From Candidatus Fermentithermobacillaceae bacterium (lineage in GTDB: Bacteria; Bacillota; Sulfobacillia; Fermentithermobacillales; DUSS01): a stretch of DNA of 64,000 bases. Location of the stretch: positions 68,571 to 132,570 of the forward strand of contig JADBKE010000007.1 in assembly GCA_014896535.1 (NCBI GenBank), in the 5' to 3' direction. Positions 17,214 through 26,753 of this stretch are shown here, in pieces. Position 1 is the first letter of the stretch. Each line of letters starts with the position of its first letter. The notes beneath the pieces were generated by a model. It saw nothing but the letters and a program-made list of their open reading frames with translations, was not told the DNA's origin and did not search any database. Made by a program: the position numbers and the translations under genes.

Positions 17214-19382
17214 TCAGCCGGCCCGGAATGACCGCGCCACCCTTCTCACTTCGGTGACCCCGCGCACATCACTCATTTGCTTGGTAAGGCGCTTGAGTTC
17301 CTCCAGATCGTGGGTTTCGAATGTAACATTGATGAACGCGGTGCCGTCGGAATTGCCTCTGGCACTCGCGGACAGGATATTGGCCCCCGCTTTGGCCAGG
17401 ATTCCCGTGATGTCGGCGAACAGGCCGGGTCTGTCGTGAGCTCTCACCTCGATCGAGGAAGGATAGGCACCGCGGGAGTTCTCGTCCCAGGATACCTCGA
17501 CAAACCGCTCCTTGTCCTTGAGGTTCTCCAGGCTCGGGCAATCGAGCCGGTGCACTGAAACGCCGCGTCCTCTCGTAATGTACCCGATGATCGGGTCTCC
17601 GGGCACCGGATTGCAGCAATGGGCGAGCCTGACCAGGAGGTCTTTCATCCCTTTCACGATCACCGCTTCTTCCGGACCTCTCGGTTTGGCCGGCGTTACC
17701 TTGGCCTCCTGAGGCTGCTCGGGTGGGACAGGGTTCTTCTTCTGGACTTCTTCCTTGATCTTTGAGGCAACGTGGACGGCACTGAGGCCACCGTAGGCGA
17801 TGGCGGCGTAAACATCCTCGAAATCGGTAAACCGCAGCCGCTCCAGAACGCGCTCGCGGATTTCCTCGTCGTCCAGGCAGTCCAGTTTCAGACCGGCTTT
17901 GACGATCTCTTTCTCCAGCTGGGTCCTGCCCCTCAAGACGTCTTCGTCGCGGAGTTCCCTCTTGAAGAACTGCCTTATCTTCGACCTCGCCGACGGGGTC
18001 TTGACTATGTCGAGCCAGTCCAGGCTTGGCCGCCCCGACTGCCTGTTGACCAGGATTTCGACGATATCGCCGTTCTGAAGCTTGTAGTCGAGCGGCACCA
18101 TCTTGCCGTTGACTTTCGCGCCCACGCAATGGTTTCCGATATCCGTGTGGATCCTGTAGGCGAAGTCCAGCGGCGTGGCACCCACCGGCAAGTCGATGAC
18201 GTCGCCTTTGGGGGTGAAGACAAAGACTTCATCGTTGAAGACGTCGAGCTTCAGAGCTTCCATGAACTCCCTGGCGTCCGTCATCTCCCGCTGCCAGTCG
18301 AGAAGCTGCCTTAACCAGGCCATCTTCTCTTCGAAGCTTTTGTCGCCCTTGGTACCTTCCTTGTACCGCCAGTGAGCTGCGCTGCCGTATTCGGCCGTCT
18401 GGTCCATTTCCCTGGTACGGATCTGGATCTCGAACGGCTCGCCCAGCGGTCCCACCACCGTAGTGTGGAGAGACTGGTACCCGTTGGGCTTGGGCATGGC
18501 GATGTAATCCTTGAACCTGCCGGGAACGGGCTTCCACAGAGTGTGACAGAGCCCCAGAACCTCGTAACAATCGGGAACGGTATTCACTATCACCCTGGCC
18601 GCTATCAGGTCGTATATTTCCGAAAGCGCTTTGCCTTGCCTTTGCATCTTTTGGTAGATGCTGTACAGGTTCTTGGCCCTGCTCTGAACCTCCGCCGGGA
18701 TTCCCGCCCGAATCAGCCTGTCCTTCAGCGCCGCCATGACCATCGCGGCTTCAGCTTCCCTGTGGCTGCGGTGCTTCGCGATGGCTTGAGCCAGCGCCCG
18801 GTATTCCTCGGGGTGCAGGTACTTGAAGGCGAGGTCTTCAAGTTCCCACTTGAACCGCCAGATCCCGAGGCGATGGGCGAGAGGAGCGTAAATCTCCAAC
18901 GTCTCCTGGGCCGTGGCCTTCTGCTTTTCCGGCGGAAGGGCGTAGAGCGTTCTCAGGTTGTGCAGCCGGTCGGCAAGACGTATGACCACGACGCGCCAGT
19001 CCTCGGCCATCGCCAGGAACATTTTTCTCAGATTCGACACCTGCTCTTCTACGGGGTTCTTGAACTCGATGCGGGCGAGCTTCGTCACTCCATCGACGAG
19101 TTTGGCGATCTCGCGACCGAATTCTCTCTCTATATCCTCGAGGGTGACGTCGGTGTCTTCGACGGTGTCGTGAAGCAGGGCCGCGGCCAGTGTAACCGCA
19201 TCCCCCTCCATCTCCGCCAGGATTTTAGCCACGGCCAGAGGGTGCTGTATGAAGTCCTCACCGGTCAGCCTGTACTGGCCCTCGTGGGCCTTCAGGGCAA
19301 ACTCGTAGGCTCTTTCCACGAGTTCGGCGTCCTTGGCTGAAAGGTACCCCGCTATGTCCAGCCTGGGACTGGAGACAGACAC
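17214..19382 (-). CDS. relA: bifunctional (p)ppGpp synthetase/hydrolase RelA/SpoT
   Basis: HD domain (HDTVEDT), synthetase domain, TGS and ACT C-terminal domains; 722 aa. Confidence 0.9.
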   Translation of the reverse strand: MSVSSPRLDIAGYLSAKDAELVERAYEFALKAHEGQYRLTGEDFIQHPLAVAKILAEMEGDAVTLAAALLHDTVEDTDVTLEDIEREFGREIAKLVDGVTKLARIEFKNPVEEQVSNLRKMFLAMAEDWRVVVIRLADRLHNLRTLYALPPEKQKATAQETLEIYAPLAHRLGIWRFKWELEDLAFKYLHPEEYRALAQAIAKHRSHREAEAAMVMAALKDRLIRAGIPAEVQSRAKNLYSIYQKMQRQGKALSEIYDLIAARVIVNTVPDCYEVLGLCHTLWKPVPGRFKDYIAMPKPNGYQSLHTTVVGPLGEPFEIQIRTREMDQTAEYGSAAHWRYKEGTKGDKSFEEKMAWLRQLLDWQREMTDAREFMEALKLDVFNDEVFVFTPKGDVIDLPVGATPLDFAYRIHTDIGNHCVGAKVNGKMVPLDYKLQNGDIVEILVNRQSGRPSLDWLDIVKTPSARSKIRQFFKRELRDEDVLRGRTQLEKEIVKAGLKLDCLDDEEIRERVLERLRFTDFEDVYAAIAYGGLSAVHVASKIKEEVQKKNPVPPEQPQEAKVTPAKPRGPEEAVIVKGMKDLLVRLAHCCNPVPGDPIIGYITRGRGVSVHRLDCPSLENLKDKERFVEVSWDENSRGAYPSSIEVRAHDRPGLFADITGILAKAGANILSASARGNSDGTAFINVTFETHDLEELKRLTKQMSDVRGVTEVRRVARSFRAG

Positions 19383-19599
19383 CTTGACCCTCCTCTAAAA
19401 AGCCTCCTAAAAACGCTAACCCCGGTGATAGCAGCCCAACCGCGCTCGGGGGGCTTGCCATCGTCCCGGGGTCATCGGTGCTCTCCCGCCGGAACCTTGC
19501 CCCACTTTGCCCTCGCTCGGGCGCGACCGCACCACGACTCATATCCCACTCATATCCCGCCGGTTCTACAACCGGTCCGGGGCCGGTTCGTCCGAGCGT

Positions 19600-20154
19600 T
19601 CAGGAGTCGAGCTTTATCACCGATATCACATTCTTGTAACCTTTTTTATTCAGATTAGCCCTGCCGGGAATGTAAGTCAATTCGATGAGAAACGCCACCG
19701 CTTCGACAGACCCACCCAGTTTCTCCACCAGGTCGATGGTGGCCAGGATGGTCCCACCGGTGGCCAGCAAGTCGTCGAGAACGAGAACCTTCTGTCCCGG
19801 TCTCACGGCGTCTTTGTGGATTTCGAGCACGTCTTGTCCGTATTCCAGCTGGTACGATCCACGTAAAGTCTCCCAGGGAAGCTTGCCCGCCTTCCTCACG
19901 GGCACGAACCCTTTACCAAGCCGGTATGCCAGCGCCGCGCCGATCATGAAGCCGCGAGCCTCGGGCGCGACGACGAGCTCGAAATCCACGCCCGACACGG
20001 CCTCGGCCAGCGCGTCTATGGCTTCGCGGAAGGCCTGCCCATCCTTGAGGAGAGTGGTGATGTCCTTGAAACTGACTCCCTTCTGAGGAAAATCCGGGAC
20101 AACTCTCAGGAGCTTGCCCAGCCGCTCACCGACGTTCGTGGACACGTAAAACAC
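19600..20154 (-). CDS. apt: adenine phosphoribosyltransferase
   Basis: PRTase motif VLVLDDLLATGGT; 184 aa. Confidence 0.85.
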   Translation of the reverse strand: MFYVSTNVGERLGKLLRVVPDFPQKGVSFKDITTLLKDGQAFREAIDALAEAVSGVDFELVVAPEARGFMIGAALAYRLGKGFVPVRKAGKLPWETLRGSYQLEYGQDVLEIHKDAVRPGQKVLVLDDLLATGGTILATIDLVEKLGGSVEAVAFLIELTYIPGRANLNKKGYKNVISVIKLDS

Positions 20155-20234
20155 CTCCCGTTGCCTGCGTCTTTCGCACGAGCTGGTTTCTACCTCTCAC
20201 CTAAGCTTTCCTTCAGCCCGCACCTTCGGGCGGG

Positions 20235-22178
20235 TCATCTGACCGGGCGTGTACCAGCAAAAGCTTCCTCCTTAATGTCGATGACTTCCAGAGCGATTTC
20301 CTCCCTCCCCTGGGACATGCGCAACGAAGGAGACAGTACAACATCCGCGGTCAAGCCGGAAATGCCGGGTGCCACGAAATCCGAAGATCTGCTCAAACCC
20401 CGGTAGTAACAACGCAACGGAACACCCGAGTGCCCTGATATGTAGATTTCGAGGCCGTTGTCGCTCTTCCGCTCGACTTTCCGTATAACCGCCTTACTTA
20501 CGCCCACCAGCGGTCGGGGATTTCCCGGCCCGAAGGGTTCAAGCCTCAAGAGAGAGGCGAGATACTGGCCGCTGAGTTCGTCCGAGGACAGCCAGTCGTC
20601 CAGGGCGATCTCGGGGCGAAGGGCGGGCAGATCCAGATGTTCTTCGGCATACCGCCGGAAGTCCTCGAAGAAAGCTTCGACCTTCTCCGGGAGAACCGAA
20701 AAGCCCCCTGCCTCCCTGTGTCCTCCCCAGGTTTCGAGGTGCCTGGAACACGAAGAAAGACCCGACCACACGTCAAAGCCGGGCACAGCCCGTACGGAGC
20801 CTTTCAGAATGCCGCTGCCTCCCGCCAGCGCCACGGGGCGCCAGAACGCATCCCTGATCCTCGATGCCACCACGCCGATCACCCCGGGATGCCACGAGGG
20901 TGACCACGCACTTACCAGCGCTTCTCCGGCCGGGTTTCCTCGTTCCTCGAGCATCGCCACGCACTCTGCGGCGATCTGGTCCTCGGCCGCCTTTCGCTCG
21001 GCATTGAGCTCGTCCAGGAGCAAGGCGAGGCGCGCAGCTCCCGTCTCATCAGGGGCGGTCAAAAGCTCGTAAGAAAGTCGCGCTTCCTTCATTCGACCCG
21101 CCGCATTCAATCTGGGAACCAGTCCAAACGTCACGTCTCTTTCCAGGTTCAGCCTTTCCCCGCAAAGTCCGGCCACCGCCGCCAAGGCACGTATTCCGGG
21201 ACGGTCCGGCCTTCTCAAAAGTTCGAGACCGACCTCGAGCCACCTGCGATTTTGACCTAGAACGCTCACACCGTCCGCTGCAACGGACAGCGTCACGAGG
21301 TCCAACCAATTTCCTGGCTCCTCACATGTCCCGACCCGGCCGCGCGTCTTCAGCTCGCCGCGTACCCCCGTCTCCGCGTGGGCTCCCGCCTCCGCCAGCA
21401 GGCGACGGGCGACCAGGTACGCTACCCCTGCTCCCGACAGGTTCTCGAGACCCGAGTTCGACCATTCGGGCATCTGCGGATCGACCAGGGCAATCGCCAG
21501 CGGGAGAGTCTGGCCTGGAATGTGGTGATCCGTGACTATGACGTCCAGTCCGAGTCCCGCCGCCTCCCGGAAACCGGAGCCTCCCGCTATGCCGCAGTCC
21601 ACAGTTATGATTAAAGTCGCACCCTGGCTCGCGAGAACCCGGACCCCTTCCGCGTGAAAGCCGTATCCTTCCCTTAACCGGCAGGGAAAGTATACGAGGA
21701 CCGGGTGAATCCCGCAGCGTTCGAGGGCTTCCCTCATGATGACAGCTGAGGTAACGCCGTCTGTATCGTAGTCGGCGTAAATTCCCACCGCTTCCCCGTT
21801 CTTTCGGGCGAGCAGGATTCGCCTTACGGCTCTGTGGAGTTGCTCTTCGGCCTCGTCGGGAAGAACCGGCATCAGGTCCGAAGGCCTAGCAGGGCGGAAC
21901 AGTTCGGCCGCCCGACGTAAGTCACCCTGCGCCCGCCGAAGGGCAACTCTGGCAGTCCCTTCCGGGATGCCAGTCTCTCGGGAAAGTCTCAAGACTTTCG
22001 CCGGGTCGACCTCGGAAGGTGCTTTCCAGACGTAATCCAAGCGAGGCGCCACTTTTCTCAAGACGCCGCTCAAAACGTTCGATCCGTTTTTCGAGGGCTT
22101 TTTCCTCGAGTCCGTATCCGCGCTATTCTCTTTTCCTTCCAGATTCCCTTTCACGGTCTGCCGATCCTTGCCAGTCAT
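20235..22178 (-). CDS. recJ: single-stranded-DNA-specific exonuclease RecJ
   Basis: DHH motifs (IYADYDTDGVTSAV, DHH), DHHA1 (GGHREAGG), OB-fold C-terminus. Confidence 0.85.
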   Translation of the reverse strand: MTGKDRQTVKGNLEGKENSADTDSRKKPSKNGSNVLSGVLRKVAPRLDYVWKAPSEVDPAKVLRLSRETGIPEGTARVALRRAQGDLRRAAELFRPARPSDLMPVLPDEAEEQLHRAVRRILLARKNGEAVGIYADYDTDGVTSAVIMREALERCGIHPVLVYFPCRLREGYGFHAEGVRVLASQGATLIITVDCGIAGGSGFREAAGLGLDVIVTDHHIPGQTLPLAIALVDPQMPEWSNSGLENLSGAGVAYLVARRLLAEAGAHAETGVRGELKTRGRVGTCEEPGNWLDLVTLSVAADGVSVLGQNRRWLEVGLELLRRPDRPGIRALAAVAGLCGERLNLERDVTFGLVPRLNAAGRMKEARLSYELLTAPDETGAARLALLLDELNAERKAAEDQIAAECVAMLEERGNPAGEALVSAWSPSWHPGVIGVVASRIRDAFWRPVALAGGSGILKGSVRAVPGFDVWSGLSSCSRHLETWGGHREAGGFSVLPEKVEAFFEDFRRYAEEHLDLPALRPEIALDDWLSSDELSGQYLASLLRLEPFGPGNPRPLVGVSKAVIRKVERKSDNGLEIYISGHSGVPLRCYYRGLSRSSDFVAPGISGLTADVVLSPSLRMSQGREEIALEVIDIKEEAFAGTRPVR

Positions 22179-22464
22179 AGGTTTTGAGCTTCTGCACCTC
22201 GTCCTCGAGTTCTTTGGCTCTTTCCATCTCGGCCACGAGCTTCGTTTCGAGCTCGTGTACTCTTCGCTTCAGTCCAAAACTCTTCACCCAGACCCACACG
22301 GCTCCTACCAGCACTCCTATGCAGAGAGAGGCCAGAACGACGAGGGCTAAGTTCAACTCCACGGACCAGACGAGGAAACTCAACTCCACCATTCCCGCAT
22401 TTTGCACTGCAAAAACGACCACCAGGATTAAAAGGGCTATCACTACCAACAGCATGGACTTCAC
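22123..22464 (-). CDS. LapA/YrvD-family small membrane protein
   Basis: 113 aa with two TM helices then a coiled-coil; position upstream of recJ as in Bacillus; overlaps the annotated recJ start, so the real recJ start is probably internal. Confidence 0.55.
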   Translation of the reverse strand: MKSMLLVVIALLILVVVFAVQNAGMVELSFLVWSVELNLALVVLASLCIGVLVGAVWVWVKSFGLKRRVHELETKLVAEMERAKELEDEVQKLKTYDWQGSADRERESGRKRE

Positions 22465-22614
22465 CTCGCTGGTCCTTTTTCGTCCCCGAGTGAGATTTAC
22501 CCTCTGTGTATGCCCTGCGGGGGATTATCTGTTCTCCCGCGACACCCGGACCGTGCTGCGCCCTACGATGCCACCGTCGGTGGCCAAACTCGGACCGGAC
22601 GCGGTATCGCCGCG

Positions 22615-24090
22615 TCACGAGATTTTTGCGTCGCTTTGCGCCAGTGCCATTTCCGCAAGGAGTGCATATTCCAGCCTCATTTTCATGAGCTCGCAGCCCA
22701 ACGCGTAAGGTATTGAGATATCTCCGTTAAACTCGTAGGCGCTGGCATGACAACCTCCGCCGCAGTAGAACCGCGCCCAGCACGAGGCGCACACGTCCTT
22801 GGAATATACGTGGGTCCCTGCGAACCGCCTCCGGAGAGCCTCGCCCTTTCCGGGGTCAATGCCGGAAAACACATCGCCCATTTTGAACTCCCCGTGTCCG
22901 GCAAAGCGGTGGCACGGATAAAGGTCACCGGAAGGCGCCACGGCAAAGTATTCAACCCCGGCCCCGCAGCCGGTCAGGCGCTTGTACACGCAAGGGCCGC
23001 CGTCCGAAGGCACTATGAAGTGGTAGAAAGAAAACCGGCGGCCGGTCCGGGCGGAGCGCACGTAGAACGCAAACAGCTTTTCGTACTCCCGCCGGAGCCG
23101 CTCGAGGTCTTCCTGACGGATGGCGTAAGGAGCTTCCTCGCCCGCTATCACCGGTTCCATGGAGATCTTGTCGAATCCCAGATTCACCAGGTGCTCGACG
23201 TCGGAGGCGAAGTCGAGAGACTGGCGGGTAAAGGTCCCGCGAACCCAGTAGTCGTTGAATCGTAAGGGCGACCCCGTATCGCTCGCCGGTCGTTTCTGCC
23301 CGTCGGAACCGAACTCCGGCTCGCCGAGGACATACCGTTTGTACTTCGCCAAAACCGCCTGGTAGGTGCCGCCTCCGCCGGGAAACACCCGCATTTCGTC
23401 GTGGACCCCGGGCCTGCCGTCCATGCTCAAAATCACGGACACACGGTGGTCTAACAGCAACCGGACGATTTCGTCGTTGAGGAGGATGCCGTTGGTGGTC
23501 AGCGTGAACTTGATTGTCTTTCCCGCGGCTCGGGCTTTCTCCTCCCCGTAAAGGATTGCATCTTTGACGACGTCGAAGACTAAAAGGGGCTCGCCCCCGA
23601 AGAAGTCCACCTCGCACCGGGAGCGCTTCCCCAGCCCGGCGAAGAGGAAATCGAGACTCCGGCGGGCCACCTCCGGGGACATCTTGGACCGATCGATGCG
23701 CCCGCCCTTGGCGAAGCAGTACCTGCAGCGCAGATTGCAGTCGTTGGTTACGAGGAGGCAGAGGGCTTTGACGTGATCGGGCTCCGGGGGTATGTAGCTT
23801 AAACCGACCGGGTCCGGCCTGGCAAACCTCCCGGTGCGCCGGAGTTCCTCGAGCTCGGCGATAGCTTCTTCAACGTCACTTACGTCGTAACGCGTGGACA
23901 GCGCAGAGAGCGCTTCTTCCTGGTTGGTGCCATCATATACATCCAGAAGGTCCCAGGTTATCTCATCTATGCTGTACAGGGACCCGGTGTTGACGTCTAG
24001 GAGCGCCCGAAGACCCCCGGCCCTGAATTTATGCCAGTCCTTTTTCAAAAAAGCGGTCCCAGCCCGGGATCCCGGAAGTTGCGTGCCCAT
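22615..24090 (-). CDS. scfB: SCIFF (ranthipeptide) radical SAM/SPASM maturase
   Basis: CNLRCRYC radical SAM motif, FFGGEP, C-terminal SPASM Cys clusters; sits immediately downstream of a SCIFF peptide gene. Confidence 0.8.
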   Translation of the reverse strand: MGTQLPGSRAGTAFLKKDWHKFRAGGLRALLDVNTGSLYSIDEITWDLLDVYDGTNQEEALSALSTRYDVSDVEEAIAELEELRRTGRFARPDPVGLSYIPPEPDHVKALCLLVTNDCNLRCRYCFAKGGRIDRSKMSPEVARRSLDFLFAGLGKRSRCEVDFFGGEPLLVFDVVKDAILYGEEKARAAGKTIKFTLTTNGILLNDEIVRLLLDHRVSVILSMDGRPGVHDEMRVFPGGGGTYQAVLAKYKRYVLGEPEFGSDGQKRPASDTGSPLRFNDYWVRGTFTRQSLDFASDVEHLVNLGFDKISMEPVIAGEEAPYAIRQEDLERLRREYEKLFAFYVRSARTGRRFSFYHFIVPSDGGPCVYKRLTGCGAGVEYFAVAPSGDLYPCHRFAGHGEFKMGDVFSGIDPGKGEALRRRFAGTHVYSKDVCASCWARFYCGGGCHASAYEFNGDISIPYALGCELMKMRLEYALLAEMALAQSDAKIS

Positions 24091-24108
24091 CGTGACCTTC
24101 TCCGGCCT

Positions 24109-24264
24109 CTATCTTCTTCGCGAAGTGGTCTTGTTCACGCACTCCTGGTTGGATACGGTGCACGAAGTTTTGCAAGCCGATTGGCAAGACGCCTGGCACT
24201 CACCGCATCCCCTGTTTTCGATTTGGTCGAGTTCTCCCTTAACCACCAGCTGGATGTGCTTCAT
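24109..24264 (-). CDS. scfA: SCIFF ranthipeptide precursor (six cysteines in forty-five residues family)
   Basis: MKHIQLVVKGELDQIENRGCGECQASCQSACKTSCTVSNQECVNKTTSRRR; SD GAAAGGGG upstream of ATG 24264. Confidence 0.8.
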   Translation of the reverse strand: MKHIQLVVKGELDQIENRGCGECQASCQSACKTSCTVSNQECVNKTTSRRR

Positions 24265-24348
24265 TTTAAAACCCCTTTCAATGCGGAGTCGGACAGTACC
24301 CATGATAGCAGGAACGCGATGAAGCTTGAAGATCGCTTCGCGACGCCG

Positions 24349-25221
24349 CTAAATTGTCGCCAGAAGCTCCCGAAGCTCGGAGATGTTAAGATCCGGCAGA
24401 AATTCGTCGGGCACTTCCAGGAGCGGCATCCCTTCGAACCGGCATAACGCCGCCTTCATCCCAAAGCTCTTGGGGCCTGCCACATCCTCGAGAAACCTGT
24501 CGCCGACGAAGAGGGTCTCCCGTGGAAAAACCCCCGCCCTATCCAGAGCTTCCTTGTAGATGGCCGGATGAGGCTTCCGCCAGCCGGTCTCGGAACTGAG
24601 AACGCGGAAGTTGACCCTTTCGAGGATCCCAGACTCGAGGAGATACCGGTCTATGATCTTCGGAGGTATGCTGGTATTGGACACGATGCCCAGGATAAAC
24701 CCCCGCTCTTTTAACGCGTCCAGAGTACCCAGGGTATCGGGATATGTCTTGCATCTCTCACACAATCTCGCGGCGAACTCCAACGCCACCGGGGTGATAA
24801 GACCCGCGTCAATAGTCACACCGGCGCCCTTCAGCGAATCGCGGACGGCACTCGTGAAATCCGCTTCCCTCAGGTGAGAAAGGTTAGGGAAAAGCTCTGG
24901 GTCAAGACTGCCTCGTTTCTTGTCCTGACCCTTGTCCGGTGCGATCCCCCGCCTCTTCAAGAGAGACAACTCGTGCAGAAGGTCTTCCTGGAGTCCAGGG
25001 CTCGGCATCATCCCCAAGCCGTCTATCCTGTCCCTGATGCTCGTCATGAAAAACTCGACCTCGACGTGCTTCCCGGAAACACAAAAAACCTTTTGAAGCA
25101 GCTCTCTCGCCGCCTCCTCCAGAACTTCCTCCCGCTTCCTATCTCCAAACGGCATCCAGAGCGTGCCTCCCAGGTCGAATAAGACCGCTTTGATACGACG
25201 TCCGGTTGAGTCCCGGGTCAT
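24349..25221 (-). CDS. HAD-superfamily hydrolase
   Basis: motif I FDLGGTLW after the internal ATG at 25221; motif IV GDRFLEDV. Confidence 0.6.
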   Translation of the reverse strand: MTRDSTGRRIKAVLFDLGGTLWMPFGDRKREEVLEEAARELLQKVFCVSGKHVEVEFFMTSIRDRIDGLGMMPSPGLQEDLLHELSLLKRRGIAPDKGQDKKRGSLDPELFPNLSHLREADFTSAVRDSLKGAGVTIDAGLITPVALEFAARLCERCKTYPDTLGTLDALKERGFILGIVSNTSIPPKIIDRYLLESGILERVNFRVLSSETGWRKPHPAIYKEALDRAGVFPRETLFVGDRFLEDVAGPKSFGMKAALCRFEGMPLLEVPDEFLPDLNISELRELLATI

Positions 25222-25431
25222 CCACGAACACCTGCCGGTTTCGCCGCACGGTTTCCTCGCCCATCTTCTCATCTTGAACGGCAGCGTGACAACGTCCGAC
25301 GGCTTGAAGGTCCCGACCGGGTTACACAAAACCGAGGCCCGTATGCGAGCCGAGAACGATTTGGCCTCGGGGCATTTTCCCATTTCCGGGTTAAACCCCG
25401 AGGCAGTCGCCTTGCACCTGGTCTTTACGCT

Positions 25432-26697
25432 CTAAGGCCGACCTACAACTTCCTTTACTATCTCCGCGAATTCCCGATCAGAGACTGTGCCTTTCTTCGC
25501 TATTCCCAGTTGCTTGACCCGGTTCAATACGGCTCGCGCTTCCTCCTCACTGAGCGCTATCCCCATTTCTTCAGCTTTTATCTTGACCGAGTTGATTCCA
25601 CTTTTCTTTCCCAACACCACTCCCGGAGAACTTCCCACAAACCGCGGGTCGAGGGAAAACATTGCAAGCGGGTACTTAATCACCGTATCGATCCCGATAC
25701 CCGACTCTCTTACAAAGTTGCCGTCCCCCACGATGGGCTTATTGGGGGCCATGGGGAAGCCGGAAAGTTCCCGCAACACCTTCGAAGCTTCTTTTAGTTT
25801 GTCAAAGCGGATACCCGTATCGACCCCGCACAGTACCTTCAGGGCAACCGCCACTTCCTCCAGCGGGGCATTGCCCGTCCGCTCGCCCATACCGTTCATA
25901 CATACGTGCACCACGCTCGCACCCGCAGCTACCGCATAAATCGAGTTGATGACGGCCATCCCGAGATCGTTGTGGGTGTGGATCTCAACGGGTACCCCGA
26001 CGAGGTTCTTAACCTTTCTGACAAGGTAAGCGATGGCTTCGGGCAAAGCACAACCCACCGTGTCCACCACACCGACGGCATCGGGCTTCGCGTCCCGAGC
26101 TACCCCGGACAGCACGTTTTCCAGCTCGACCGGGTCGGCACGGGTGGTATCGTAAGGGAAGTATACGGTGTACAGCCCGAGACTCTTCGAGTAGTTGATG
26201 GCTTCGACGCTGACGTCCAGGACCTTCTGCCACGTCCACCCGAACTGATATTCAAGTTTTGGCTTACCGATTGGTACCTCGATGATTACCCCGGAGCACC
26301 CGCAATCTTTCGCCTGGTCGAGGTCGGATTTCATGGCCCGCACGAAGCCCATGATCTGAGCTCTTCCGCCCATCCGGGCGATTGCTCTGATAGCCTTCGC
26401 GTCGTCTTCCGAAACAGCAGGCATGCCCGCCTCGATGCGACCAACCCCCAGCTCCTCGAGCAGCGCAGCGATGCGCACTTTCTCTTCGCTCCTGAAAACC
26501 ACACCCGGGGTCTGTTCACCATCCCTGAGCGTAGCGTCGTGCAATATTACCCTGTGGTCGAAGGTCAGCGTTCGCGATACTTCGGGTATGTGGTTGTAGG
26601 GACTCGTCCACCAGTAATCAGTTCGCCAGGGTCGTTCTGTCATATTCGATCCTCCAATCCCGATGTGCTCGAATGGTTCGGTCAGGCCGCCGAGCAA
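25432..26697 (-). CDS. HMGL-like pyruvate carboxyltransferase family protein (2-isopropylmalate/homocitrate/citramalate synthase-like)
   Basis: LRDGEQ motif and HxH (IHTHNDLGMAV); 421 aa without a LeuA regulatory domain. Confidence 0.6.
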   Translation of the reverse strand: MLGGLTEPFEHIGIGGSNMTERPWRTDYWWTSPYNHIPEVSRTLTFDHRVILHDATLRDGEQTPGVVFRSEEKVRIAALLEELGVGRIEAGMPAVSEDDAKAIRAIARMGGRAQIMGFVRAMKSDLDQAKDCGCSGVIIEVPIGKPKLEYQFGWTWQKVLDVSVEAINYSKSLGLYTVYFPYDTTRADPVELENVLSGVARDAKPDAVGVVDTVGCALPEAIAYLVRKVKNLVGVPVEIHTHNDLGMAVINSIYAVAAGASVVHVCMNGMGERTGNAPLEEVAVALKVLCGVDTGIRFDKLKEASKVLRELSGFPMAPNKPIVGDGNFVRESGIGIDTVIKYPLAMFSLDPRFVGSSPGVVLGKKSGINSVKIKAEEMGIALSEEEARAVLNRVKQLGIAKKGTVSDREFAEIVKEVVGRP

Positions 26698-26753
26698 TTT
26701 TCGAGCAAATACATCCTCCCGAACGAGGGATACTCCTCCATCGCCGAACTTCT

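Noticed and set aside
17269-18129. 286-aa minus-strand ORF rich in Arg/Gly/Pro
   Set aside because: Alternative frame inside relA, with the composition typical of out-of-frame translation of GC-rich coding DNA.
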